Source of the DNA: an uncultured Bordetella sp.
Lineage (GTDB): Bacteria > Pseudomonadota > Gammaproteobacteria > Burkholderiales > SG8-41
DNA length: 48,112 bases
NCBI GenBank assembly: GCA_964606765.1
Contig: CAZSIR010000006.1
Coordinates: forward strand, 1 to 48,112
Direction: 5' to 3'
The notes below the pieces were generated by a model. The model saw only the letters and a program-made list of their open reading frames with translations. It was not told the DNA's origin and ran no database searches. A program made the position numbers and the translations under genes. Position 1 is the first letter of the stretch. Each line of letters begins with the position of its first letter. Of this stretch, positions 39,277-48,112 are shown piece by piece.

Positions 39277-40689
39277 TCAGAGGCTGTAATAGAGCTGGAA
39301 CTCGAGCGGATGCGTGGTCATGCGGAAGGCGGTGACTTCCTCCATTTTCAACGCAATGTAGGCGTCGATCATTTCGTTGGAGAACACACCGCCACGCGTC
39401 AGGAACTCGCGATCCTTGTCGAGATAATCCAGCGCCTGATCCAGCGATGAGCACACCGCCGGCACTTTCTTCGCCTCTTCCGGCGGCAGATCATAGAGAT
39501 TCTTGTCCACGGCATCGCCGGGATGAATCTTGTTCTGGATGCCGTCGAGGCCGGCCATCATCAGCGCGGTGAATGCCAGGTACGGATTCGCCGTCGGATC
39601 CGGGAAACGCACTTCGATGCGGCGCGCCTTCGGGCTGGACACATGCGGAATGCGGATCGATGCCGAGCGGTTGCGCGCCGAATACGCCAGGTTGATCGGC
39701 GCTTCAAAACCAGGCACCAGCCGTTTGTAGGAATTGGTTCCCGGGTTGGTGATCGCGTTCAGCGCGCGGGCATGCTTGATGATGCCGCCGATGTAGAAAA
39801 GCGCGAGTTCGGAGAGGCCGGCATAACCGTTGCCGCTGAACAGGTTCTGGCCGCCTTTCCACAGCGACTGGTGCACATGCATGCCCGAACCGTTGTCGCC
39901 GACGATCGGCTTCGGCATGAAGGTGGCCGTCTTGCCGTAGGAATGCGCCACATTGTGCACGGTGTACTTGAGGATCTGGTTCCAGTCGGCGCGTTTGACC
40001 AGGCTGGTGAACAGGGTGCCGATTTCGCACTGGCCCGGCGCCGCCACTTCATGGTGATGCACTTCGACCGGAACACCCTGCTCTTCGAGCGCCAGGCACA
40101 TCGCGGAGCGGATGTCCTGCAGCGAATCCACCGGCGGCACCGGGAAATAACCGCCCTTGATCGGCGGACGATGGCCCATGTTGCCGCCTTCCATGTCTTC
40201 ACCGGAAGACCACGGCGCTTCGGAGGTTTTCACCTTGACCATGGAGCCGGACATGTCGACGCTCCAGGTCACCGAATCAAAAATGAAAAATTCGGGCTCA
40301 GGACCGAAATAGGCGGTATCGCCGATGCCGGAAGATTTCAGATAGGCTTCGGCACGTTTGGCGATCGAGCGGGGATCGCGGTCATAACCCTTGCCGTCCG
40401 AAGGTTCCACGACGTCACAGGTCAGGTTCAGCGTCGCTTCATCCATGAACGGATCCATGCGCGCACTGCCGGGGTCCGGCATCAACAGCATGTCCGAGGC
40501 CTCGATGCCCTTCCAGCCGGCAATCGACGAACCGTCAAAGGCATGGCCGTCGGTGAACTTGTCCTCACCAAACATTTTCACCGGCACGGAAACATGCTGT
40601 TCCTTGCCGCGGGTGTCGGTAAACCGCAGATCAACGAATTTGACTTCGTTGTCCTTGAGCATCTTCATGACATCGGTTGCGCTTCCCAT
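39277..40689 (-). CDS. glnA: Glutamine synthetase type I
   Basis: [45 protein letters not shown] and the adenylylation site NLYDLP. Confidence 0.98.
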   Translation of the reverse strand: MGSATDVMKMLKDNEVKFVDLRFTDTRGKEQHVSVPVKMFGEDKFTDGHAFDGSSIAGWKGIEASDMLLMPDPGSARMDPFMDEATLNLTCDVVEPSDGKGYDRDPRSIAKRAEAYLKSSGIGDTAYFGPEPEFFIFDSVTWSVDMSGSMVKVKTSEAPWSSGEDMEGGNMGHRPPIKGGYFPVPPVDSLQDIRSAMCLALEEQGVPVEVHHHEVAAPGQCEIGTLFTSLVKRADWNQILKYTVHNVAHSYGKTATFMPKPIVGDNGSGMHVHQSLWKGGQNLFSGNGYAGLSELALFYIGGIIKHARALNAITNPGTNSYKRLVPGFEAPINLAYSARNRSASIRIPHVSSPKARRIEVRFPDPTANPYLAFTALMMAGLDGIQNKIHPGDAVDKNLYDLPPEEAKKVPAVCSSLDQALDYLDKDREFLTRGGVFSNEMIDAYIALKMEEVTAFRMTTHPLEFQLYYSL

Positions 40690-40760
40690 CTAACTCTCCT
40701 GATGATTGCTATTGATTAAAAGGGGATTGGAGGATCGAATTTGTTCCGGCGACCCTATTC

Positions 40761-40777
40761 AGCAGGATGTGTACCAA
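40761..40777 (-). promoter_or_regulatory. Sigma54 promoter of glnA
   Basis: Minus strand TTGGTACACATCCTGCT has GG-N10-GC spacing, about 70 bp upstream of the glnA ATG. Confidence 0.75.
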
Positions 40778-40837
40778 GGCGGTGCACCCTTATCTTTTTG
40801 AATATAAATCGATTTTTATCACCGCGCGACCAAGGAT

Positions 40838-40884
40838 TGCACTAAGTTGGCGCATAAAGACCCGTATGGCACCATTGTGGTGCA
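40838..40884. promoter_or_regulatory. Tandem NtrC binding sites (enhancer)
   Basis: TGCACTAAGTTGGCGCA (40838-40854) and GGCACCATTGTGGTGCA (40868-40884) match TGCAC-N7-GTGCA and are 30 bp apart centre to centre. Confidence 0.8.
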
Positions 40885-40944
40885 TTCGCGAGTGGTGTGC
40901 AAGGGCTAGAATGCGCAGCTTCCTATCCCTGATGGCCAATACCC

Positions 40945-41397
40945 ATGAGCAACACAGACGACATACTGCAGGCAGCCGGAGACCGCGCCCGGCAAATGGG
41001 CCTTCCCTACAGTGGCGCGCTGACGCCCCAGGAAGCCTTTCAGCTGTGGAAATCCATTCCCGGTGCGCAGCTGGTGGACGTGCGCACCCGCGCCGAGTGG
41101 GACTGGGTTGGGCGCATCCCCGGCGCAGTCGAAATCGAGCTGCTGTCCTATCCCGGCAACCGCCCCAATCCGGCATTCGTGCAGGAGCTGCAGCAAAAAG
41201 TCGCGGCAGAAGCGCCGGTGCTGTTCATCTGCCGCAGCGGCGGCCGCTCGCACAATGCCGCAATGCTGGCGATGCAGGCCGGCTACACCGACAGCTATAA
41301 CGTGCTGGAGGGATTTGAAGGCGACCGCGATGCGCAGGGCCAACGCAACAAGGTCGGCGGCTGGCGCGCGGCCGGCCTGCCCTGGATGCAGGGCTGA
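40945..41397 (+). CDS. Rhodanese-like domain protein
   Basis: LVDVRTRAEW..VG.IPGA, FICRSGGRS, YNVLEGFEG and GGW..AGLPW motifs. Confidence 0.9.
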   Translation: MSNTDDILQAAGDRARQMGLPYSGALTPQEAFQLWKSIPGAQLVDVRTRAEWDWVGRIPGAVEIELLSYPGNRPNPAFVQELQQKVAAEAPVLFICRSGGRSHNAAMLAMQAGYTDSYNVLEGFEGDRDAQGQRNKVGGWRAAGLPWMQG

Positions 41398-41409
41398 GCT
41401 GCGGCCAAA

Positions 41410-42993
41410 TTACTCGCCGCGCCAGACCACGCCGTAAAGATCGTGGCGGCGGTCGCGCAGATTGCGCACCGTGCCGTTGTTGCGCGCAGTGACCAGCGTA
41501 TCCGGCCGCAGATCCGCAATGGCGACGGTTTCCACATTCGGCGTGGTGTCCGCCGCAATGCCGTCCCGCGCAAACGGAAAATCGCAGGGGGTCAGCACGC
41601 AGCTCTGCGCATACTGGATATCCATGTTGGACACATTCGGCAGGTTGCCCACGTTGCCCGACATCACCACGTAGATCTGGTTTTCGACGGCACGGGCATG
41701 GCAGCAGTAGCGCACCCGCAGATAGCTCTGGCGCTCGTCGGTGCAGAAAGGCACGAACAGGATGTGTATGCCCTGATCCGTGAGATGCCGCACCAGTTCC
41801 GGAAACTCCGAGTCGTAGCACACCAGCACCCCGATCGGCCCGCAATCCGTTTCAATGGCCGCAACCCTGTTGCCGCCCTCGATGTTCCACCACGCCACCT
41901 CGTTGGGCGTCGGATGAATCTTGGGCTGCTCATGAATGCTGCCGTCGCGCAGGAAAACATAGGAAATGTTCTCGACCCTGCCGCCGGCCATCCGGGTCGG
42001 GTGCGAGCCGCCGATGATGTTGATGTTATGGCGCAGCGCCATGTCGCGCATGGCCTCGCGGAAACGCGGCGTGTACTCGGTCAGCGCGGCAATCGCCTCC
42101 GCCGGCGGCATTTCACGGTTCTCGATCGAGAGCAGCTGCAGCGTGAACAATTCCGGAAACACCACGAAGTCGCCGTTGTAGGTCGCCACCACATCGACGA
42201 AATACTCGACGAACTTGATGAACTCCTCGAAGGAATGCACACGCCGCAGCATGTACTGCACGGTGCCGACGCGCACCGAATCGGCCAGCCGTCCGCCGGA
42301 ATATTTTGGCGTGGAGGCCTTTGCATCCTCCGCAACCTTGGGATTGCGCCAAACCAGATGCACGCCGTAACCGAGCGACTGCTGGTCGTTGGTGATGTAG
42401 TCGGGGATCACCCCGATGATTTCAAAACGGTTGCGCAACTGGAATGACAGCACCGGATCGCGCTGCCGCTTCTCCTGCACTTCCCTGACATACTTTTCAG
42501 CGCTGCCGAAACGCTTGATCCGGCGCGCCAGCGTCGGCAGCCGGCCGATGAACACGATCCCCTTCAGCCTGCGCGCCTCGCAGAGTTTCTTGCGCTGGTT
42601 GTAGAGCCTCTGGCCGAGGTGGTAGCCGCGGTAATCCGGATCCACGCAGACTTCCATGCCATAGAGCCAGTCACCCGCCGGATCATGGCGTGCGGCGTAA
42701 CCGTTGCCGGTTATTTCAACCCAGCTGTGCGGCTTCAGCGCAATGTCCCCGCGCGTGATGAAGGTCGCGCAATACCCGACCACCTTTTCATCGACGGTGA
42801 TGACAAACTGGCCTTCAGGAAAATTGTTGATCTGTCCGGTGATCGCGCCGGATGAGTAGCCCTTCATGCCGGCTTCGGCATAAACCCGTGAACTCAGCGC
42901 GCAGACTGCCGGCACGTCGGACAGCGCCGCATTGCGGATGTGCAGCCGGGTCTTCGGATCGGCCAAAGTCGATTTTTCGGAATTTGGTTTCAT
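41410..42993 (-). CDS. Bifunctional GNAT acetyltransferase / carbon-nitrogen hydrolase (YhcX-like)
   Basis: N-terminal GNAT domain (FPEGQFV, VDPDYRGYHLG, DPVLSFQL). C-terminal nitrilase domain with an E-K-C triad (FPELFT, PKIHPT, VCYDSEFPE) and ARAVEN. Confidence 0.88.
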   Translation of the reverse strand: MKPNSEKSTLADPKTRLHIRNAALSDVPAVCALSSRVYAEAGMKGYSSGAITGQINNFPEGQFVITVDEKVVGYCATFITRGDIALKPHSWVEITGNGYAARHDPAGDWLYGMEVCVDPDYRGYHLGQRLYNQRKKLCEARRLKGIVFIGRLPTLARRIKRFGSAEKYVREVQEKRQRDPVLSFQLRNRFEIIGVIPDYITNDQQSLGYGVHLVWRNPKVAEDAKASTPKYSGGRLADSVRVGTVQYMLRRVHSFEEFIKFVEYFVDVVATYNGDFVVFPELFTLQLLSIENREMPPAEAIAALTEYTPRFREAMRDMALRHNINIIGGSHPTRMAGGRVENISYVFLRDGSIHEQPKIHPTPNEVAWWNIEGGNRVAAIETDCGPIGVLVCYDSEFPELVRHLTDQGIHILFVPFCTDERQSYLRVRYCCHARAVENQIYVVMSGNVGNLPNVSNMDIQYAQSCVLTPCDFPFARDGIAADTTPNVETVAIADLRPDTLVTARNNGTVRNLRDRRHDLYGVVWRGE

Positions 42994-43058
42994 GACACCC
43001 CCTCATAGTCCGACTCCGCCGGTCCGGGGAAGTTCCGCCCCTGCAGGGACGCCGGCAG

Positions 43059-43874
43059 CTACCAGGTGATGAGGCCGGTATAGGCGCTGATCAGTATGAA
43101 CAGGCCGAAAACAATGCGGTACCAGGCGAACACGCGAAAATCGTGGGAAGCGACATAACGCATCAGCCACCGTATGCAGACAAATGCAGAAGCAAAAGCG
43201 GTGACGGTGCCGATGCCGAACAGGCCGATATCATCCGTGGACAGCAGCGCGCGGTTTTTATAGAGATCGTAGATCCCGGCAGCCATCAAAGTCGGCACCG
43301 CGAGGAAAAACGAAAATTCGGTTGCCGTGCGGCGGGACAATCCGAACAACATGCCGCCGATGATGGTGGCGCCCGAACGTGACACGCCGGGAATCAGCGC
43401 AAATGCCTGCGCAAAACCGACTTTCAGCGCATCACGCCAGGACATCGCATCGACATCTTCAATCCGTATCGGGCGCTCTCGCCGCTCGACCCACAGAATC
43501 ACGAAGCCGCCGGCAACCAGCGCAATCGCCACCGGCACTGCGTGAAAAAGCTGCGACTTGATCGCCGAGCCCAGCGCGAGCCCGATGACCGCCGCCGGCA
43601 TGAAGGCAGCCAGCAGGTTGAGCACGAATCCCTGCGCCCTGGCATCCACTGCAAGGCCGCGCAGCACGCCAAGAAACCGCTCCCGGAACTCCCAGCAGAC
43701 GGCCAGCATCGCGCCGGTCTGGATCACCAGCTCGAACACCTTGCCTTTTTCATCATTGAAACCGAGCAGGCTGCCGGCGATGATCAGGTGCCCGGTGCTT
43801 GAGACCGGCAGGAATTCGGTGAGTCCTTCGACGATGCCCAGGATCAGGGCTTTGAGGGCGAGCGCGATATCCAT
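43059..43874 (-). CDS. uppP: Undecaprenyl-diphosphate phosphatase (BacA/UppP)
   Basis: [33 protein letters not shown] and FAWYRI motifs. Confidence 0.95.
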   Translation of the reverse strand: MDIALALKALILGIVEGLTEFLPVSSTGHLIIAGSLLGFNDEKGKVFELVIQTGAMLAVCWEFRERFLGVLRGLAVDARAQGFVLNLLAAFMPAAVIGLALGSAIKSQLFHAVPVAIALVAGGFVILWVERRERPIRIEDVDAMSWRDALKVGFAQAFALIPGVSRSGATIIGGMLFGLSRRTATEFSFFLAVPTLMAAGIYDLYKNRALLSTDDIGLFGIGTVTAFASAFVCIRWLMRYVASHDFRVFAWYRIVFGLFILISAYTGLITW

Positions 43875-43928
43875 CGCCGCATTCTACTGGATGCGTGATC
43901 GGGAACTCCGGGTCACCGGATGCTTGAG

Positions 43929-45161
43929 CTATTCGTAACGCAGGGCTTCTATCGGCAGCAGGCGCGAAGCCTTGCGCGCCGGATAAAAACCGAAAAAGAT
44001 GCCGATGGCCGCGGCGAATCCCACGGCCAGCACGATGGGTTCGATGCCCAGCAATATCGGCCATTCGGCAAAATGACCGATGGCCAGCGTGCCGCCGATG
44101 CCGAGCGCGATGCCGAGCAGGCCGCCGATCAGCGCCAGCGTGATGGCCTCCACCAGGAACTGCGTCAGGATGTCATGTCCGCGCGCGCCCACGGCCATGC
44201 GCAGGCCGATCTCGCGCGTACGCTCGGTCACCGACACCAGCATGATGTTCATGATGCCGATGCCGCCGACCAGCAGCGATACCGAAGCCACGGCCGCCAG
44301 CAGCAGGCCCATGATCTTGCTCGATTCCTCCCGCGCGCTCAGCACTTCCGACAGGTTGCGCAGCGTGAAGTCATCTTCGCGATCCTGCTGGATGCGGTGG
44401 CGCTGGCGCAGCAGGTCGCGGATCTGCGCCTCGGCTTCCGTCATGTTCTCGCCGTCGCGCACCTTGATGAACACCGTGCCCACGGTGCGCAGCTTTCCGG
44501 TGCCGCGGCCGAGTATGCGGTTGCGTGCCGTGGAGATCGGCATCAGCACCACATCATCCTGGTCCTGGCCGCCGAGACTCTGGCCCTTGCGCTCCAGTGT
44601 GCCGATCACCGTGAACGGCACTTTGCGGATGCGCACGACCTGTCCTATGGGGTCGCTGTCGCCAAACAGGTTGCGCACCACGGTATCGCCCAGCAGGGCG
44701 ACCTTGGCCGATCCGGCGAGATCGGCCGGATCAAAACCCTTGCCCGAACCGATCACCCAGTTGCGCGCCTCGAAGTATTCATTGGTCACTCCATAAAGCA
44801 CGGTTGACCAGTTGCTCGTGCCGGCTACGACCTGCCCGGTGCCGCGCAGGGTCGGCGCCGCAGCCTGCACCGAGGACACGTCGCGCTGGACGGCATAGGC
44901 ATCCTCCTCCGTCAGCGTATTGCGCGAACCGGCGCCCATGCGCACGCCGCCGCTGGTGGTCGATCCCGGCAGCAGCATGATCAGGTTGGTGCCCAGGCCC
45001 TTGATCTGCTCCTCGATGCGCGACTGCGCGCCGGAGCCGACGGCAATCATGGTGATCACCGCGGCGACTCCGATGATGATGCCGAGCATGGTCAGGGCGC
45101 TGCGCAGCTTGTTGATGCGCAGTGCACGCAGTGCAATGCGAATGCTGGCGAGCACATTCAT
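43929..45161 (-). CDS. MacB/FtsX-family ABC transporter permease
   Basis: RSALTMLGIIIGVAAV, a periplasmic domain, GGIGIMNIMLVSVTERTREIGLRMAVGA and YPARKAS..PIEALRYE. Confidence 0.92.
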   Translation of the reverse strand: MNVLASIRIALRALRINKLRSALTMLGIIIGVAAVITMIAVGSGAQSRIEEQIKGLGTNLIMLLPGSTTSGGVRMGAGSRNTLTEEDAYAVQRDVSSVQAAAPTLRGTGQVVAGTSNWSTVLYGVTNEYFEARNWVIGSGKGFDPADLAGSAKVALLGDTVVRNLFGDSDPIGQVVRIRKVPFTVIGTLERKGQSLGGQDQDDVVLMPISTARNRILGRGTGKLRTVGTVFIKVRDGENMTEAEAQIRDLLRQRHRIQQDREDDFTLRNLSEVLSAREESSKIMGLLLAAVASVSLLVGGIGIMNIMLVSVTERTREIGLRMAVGARGHDILTQFLVEAITLALIGGLLGIALGIGGTLAIGHFAEWPILLGIEPIVLAVGFAAAIGIFFGFYPARKASRLLPIEALRYE

Positions 45162-45916
45162 GTTGCCGACGCCTCCGGTTGCCGCTCCGCGCGCAACTCG
45201 GCCGCAAGTGCCGCAGCATCCTTCGGCCGTTCAACCACGTGATCCTCGACCACGCGACCGTCACGAAAGCTGATCACGCGCCCGGCAAACTCGGCAATGT
45301 CGTGCTCGTGGGTCACCAGCACCACGGTCATGCCCGCCGAGTTCAACTGCTGCAGCAGGGCCATCACTTCGCAACTGGTCAGCGTATCCAGCGCACCGGT
45401 GGGCTCGTCGGCCAGGATCAACACCGGATCATTGACCAGCGCCCGCGCAATCGCCACCCGCTGCTGCTGCCCGCCGGACAATTGTGACGGATGGTGGTGG
45501 CCGCGATCGGCGAGCCCGACCTCCGCAAGACGAATCCCCGCACGACGGCGCCGTTCATCGGCGGGGATGCCGCAATACAGCAGCGGCAATTCGATGTTCT
45601 CCAGCGCCGAGGTGCGCGGCAACAGGTTGAAGCTCTGGAATACAAAGCCGATGCGCCGGTTGCGGATGGCCGCAAGCGCGTCGCCATCGAGGCCGGAGAC
45701 CTGCTCGCCGGCCAGCAGATACTCGCCGCTAGTGGGCGTGTCGAGGCAACCCAGCAGGTTCATGAACGTCGACTTGCCGGAGCCTGAGGGTCCCATCACG
45801 GCAACGAATTCACCGGCGTTGATGCTGACCGAAACGCCGCGCAAGGCCTGCACGGCATACCCCCCCAGCACATAGGACTTGGCCAATTCACGGGTGCTGA
45901 TCAGTGGATTCGGCAT
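45158..45916 (-). CDS. MacB/LolD-type ABC ATP-binding protein
   Basis: GPSGSGKS, LSGGQQQRVAIARAL, ADEPTGALD and VTHE motifs; overlaps the permease start (ATGA). Confidence 0.93.
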   Translation of the reverse strand: MPNPLISTRELAKSYVLGGYAVQALRGVSVSINAGEFVAVMGPSGSGKSTFMNLLGCLDTPTSGEYLLAGEQVSGLDGDALAAIRNRRIGFVFQSFNLLPRTSALENIELPLLYCGIPADERRRRAGIRLAEVGLADRGHHHPSQLSGGQQQRVAIARALVNDPVLILADEPTGALDTLTSCEVMALLQQLNSAGMTVVLVTHEHDIAEFAGRVISFRDGRVVEDHVVERPKDAAALAAELRAERQPEASAT

Positions 45917-45971
45917 TGCAGGCTGGCTTTTACGGTGAGTATTCTCGTAAGTATATGAATTTATTTATTTT

Positions 45972-47531
45972 TTAAAACCCGAAACGGGGTGTACTGCTTT
46001 TCGCTTCTGGGCGCGCTGCGCCGGCGGCCCCCACGATCACGGCATCCCCCTCCTTCAGCTCGCCGCCGATCAGTTCGGTATAGCTGCCGTCACTGATGCC
46101 CAGCCGGAGATTGAGCGCTTTCGGCGCGCGCTTGCCATCGGGCACCCATACCGTGCCGCGCGTTTCCACAACACCGCGCTGCTCGGCGGCAAGCGCCTCG
46201 TAACGCTTGCGCTGGTCTTCGTTCAGGATTGCGGCAATTTCGGTGCGCGATTGCGCGCGCAGCCGGCCGGCCTCTTTTTTGCGCTGCGCCGGATCATCGG
46301 CACTGAGTGCGGCAATTTTTTCCGCCGTCGCTTTTTGTATGGCCTCGAGTTTGGCCTGCTGCTCATCGCTGAGCCCCAGCTCCCGCGTCAGGCGTTCACG
46401 CGTCGCCTGCGCCTGGCCGCCGGAACCGGCGGGTGGCTTGCCGGCGCCCGGTGCTGCCGCACCTTTCTGGCCCTTGGCCGGCGGCGTTGCGCCCGGCGGA
46501 CGGTAGCGCAATGCCGCGTTGGGCACACGCAGCACCTGATCGCGGTTGGCCACCGTGATGCGCACATTGGTGGTCATGCCCGGCAGCAGCGTCAGATCCG
46601 GATTCGGCGCCGAGATGATCGCGACATAGGTCACCACGTTCTGCACCACCAGCGCCGCCTTGCGCACCTGGGTGATTTTGCCGCGGAAGGTTCGTCCGGG
46701 AAACGAATCCACGGTGAATGTCGCATCCTGCCCGACGGCCACGCGGCCGATTTCCGCCTCGTCGATCGAAGCCTCGACCTGCATGTCGGTCAGGTTGCGC
46801 GCGATCTGGAACAGCACCGGCGCCTGCAGGCTGGCCGCCACGGTCTGCCCGGCATCGACGCTGCGCGAAATCACGATACCGTCCACCGGCGCGCGAATCG
46901 TGGTGCGCTCCAGATCGACCTTCGCCTGCGCCAGCTGGGATTCGCGCTGTTTCACCAGCGCCTCGCCATTGCGGATCTGCGCTTCGCCAACCGCGCGCTG
47001 CGCCTGCGCGGTCTTGACCTGTTCCCGCGCAGTGGCCACCGCGGACTGCGAAGTTTCCAGCGCGGCCTGCGACACGAAGCCCTTCTCGACCAGCGACTGG
47101 TTGCGTTTGTAGTTGCGCTCGGCCTCGGCCAGCACCACCTGTGCACGCGAGACTTCGGCCTGCAGCGCCGCCACATTGGCGCGCTGCGTCAGCGCCGTGG
47201 CCCGCCCCGCTTCCAGATCAGCCTGCGCTTGGCTGACGCGCAGGGCAAAGGAATCGGGGTCGATACGGGCAATGACATCACCCTGCTTCACCACCGAGTT
47301 GTAATCGACGAAAATTTCCTTGATCTGCCCCGACACCTGCGAACCGACCTGCACCGACACCACCGGATTCAGGGTGCCGGTCGCCGAAACCGCGGCCACC
47401 ACATTGCCGCGTTCGATATTGACCAGACGGAAGGAAGCCTGCGCCGGTGCGCTGCCCCAGTACCAGTACGCCACGGCGGCAACACCCAGCACCAGAACCG
47501 CCCCCGTCAGCAGAATTATTTTTTTATTCAA
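45972..47531 (-). CDS. MacA-like periplasmic adaptor (membrane fusion protein) with an inserted helical domain
   Basis: N-terminal TM, VGSQVSG, a long coiled-coil hairpin, IRAPVDG..GQTVAASLQAP, IDEAEIG, LLPGMT and VPNAAL motifs. TTG start. Confidence 0.88.
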   Translation of the reverse strand: MNKKIILLTGAVLVLGVAAVAYWYWGSAPAQASFRLVNIERGNVVAAVSATGTLNPVVSVQVGSQVSGQIKEIFVDYNSVVKQGDVIARIDPDSFALRVSQAQADLEAGRATALTQRANVAALQAEVSRAQVVLAEAERNYKRNQSLVEKGFVSQAALETSQSAVATAREQVKTAQAQRAVGEAQIRNGEALVKQRESQLAQAKVDLERTTIRAPVDGIVISRSVDAGQTVAASLQAPVLFQIARNLTDMQVEASIDEAEIGRVAVGQDATFTVDSFPGRTFRGKITQVRKAALVVQNVVTYVAIISAPNPDLTLLPGMTTNVRITVANRDQVLRVPNAALRYRPPGATPPAKGQKGAAAPGAGKPPAGSGGQAQATRERLTRELGLSDEQQAKLEAIQKATAEKIAALSADDPAQRKKEAGRLRAQSRTEIAAILNEDQRKRYEALAAEQRGVVETRGTVWVPDGKRAPKALNLRLGISDGSYTELIGGELKEGDAVIVGAAGAARPEAKSSTPRFGF

Positions 47532-47645
47532 GATTCAATGACAAACACGAAGTTGGATTGAACAACGCCGGATGATATCCGGCTGCGGGACACAGGAACT
47601 CGAAGTCTTAAGGCAGGCGGCGAAGGAAATGACAAGGGATGACAG

Positions 47646-48029
47646 CTAATGACTTTCGCGCGGAGCCGGCGGGGGCGCCAGCTCACGCACTGCATCACGC
47701 ACCGCGCGTTCCACAAACTGCGTCAGCACCATGCCCGCGACCAGTCCGCGCACCTGCAATTCACTGCCGGCGGCCTCCAGCCGCCTGCCCAGCGCCTCCG
47801 GAAAGGGCGGCGGCGACCGGCCTTCGGCGGCTGCGCGCATGGCGGCACGCAGATGTGCGAACAACTGGCCCACATCCTCTTCCGTGACGAGTCCGCCCAG
47901 CAGCATGCGCAGTTCCGGCGATATTTCGACCGGCGCCCGCGCAACGGGCGGCGGCACCGGTTCCGCGGCACGCGCCGTCATCGTCAGCATTGCTCCCAGC
48001 ATCAGCGTCCATAACAGGCGTTGCACCAT
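47646..48029 (-). CDS. Hypothetical exported protein
   Basis: Signal-peptide-like start MVQRLLWTLMLGAMLTMTARA|AEP, GAGG Shine-Dalgarno, helical body. No recognised family. Confidence 0.6.
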   Translation of the reverse strand: MVQRLLWTLMLGAMLTMTARAAEPVPPPVARAPVEISPELRMLLGGLVTEEDVGQLFAHLRAAMRAAAEGRSPPPFPEALGRRLEAAGSELQVRGLVAGMVLTQFVERAVRDAVRELAPPPAPRESH

Positions 48030-48112
48030 GGTCACCTCACTCTAGTTCCCGCCGGCGGCATTTTTCGGTGGTCTGTCAGAACCGCCCCGTGTTGCCAGGC
48101 ACCGGCGGCGGC

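Noticed and set aside
9497-47561. Many long antisense ORFs (e.g. 9497-11074, 14013-15482, 17648-19741, 21049-22614, 31546-32907, 36011-37540, 46251-47561)
   Set aside because: They overlap well-identified genes on the opposite strand and are expected from high GC and codon bias; none has domain motifs.
1-48112. Mobile elements, prophage, CRISPR arrays, defence systems, rRNA/tRNA genes
   Set aside because: I recognised no integrase, transposase, cas or phage genes, no regularly spaced repeats, and no RNA-gene-like sequence; all intergenic gaps are short.

Overview
GC-rich core-chromosome segment of a probable Betaproteobacterium; the assignment is inferred from gene content and order (ttcA/SDR/MidA/cca/NDUFA9-like/slt, yqgE-yqgF-pyrR-pyrB-pyrC', rhodanese<-->glnA-DUF4124-ntrBC, yggX next to argA). 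It holds about 40 densely packed CDSs. These include a CHASE-PAS-GAF-GGDEF protein running off the left edge, tRNA modification/repair genes, ilvA/rpiA, a convergent polyphosphate cluster (phoU-ppx >< sixA-CYTH/CHAD-ppk1-yggX), argA, rsmE, trkAH, photolyase, pyr genes, prlC, xth, gor, glnA-ntrBC, a GNAT-nitrilase fusion, uppP and a MacAB-like ABC module. I saw no rRNA, tRNA, CRISPR array, prophage or IS element, and no clearly novel multi-gene system. The most interesting signals are: (1) argA has no ATG/GTG/TTG upstream of its conserved N-terminus and probably starts at an ATT with a good Shine-Dalgarno; (2) two correctly spaced Pho-box promoters point inward over the polyP cluster, one directly in front of yggX; (3) five AT-rich IHF-like sites, with near-identical pairs, one of them inside a CDS; (4) a MacA-like adaptor with an inserted LTxxQ/Spy-like helical domain upstream of uppP. 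All calls come from reading motifs by eye; no database searches were run.
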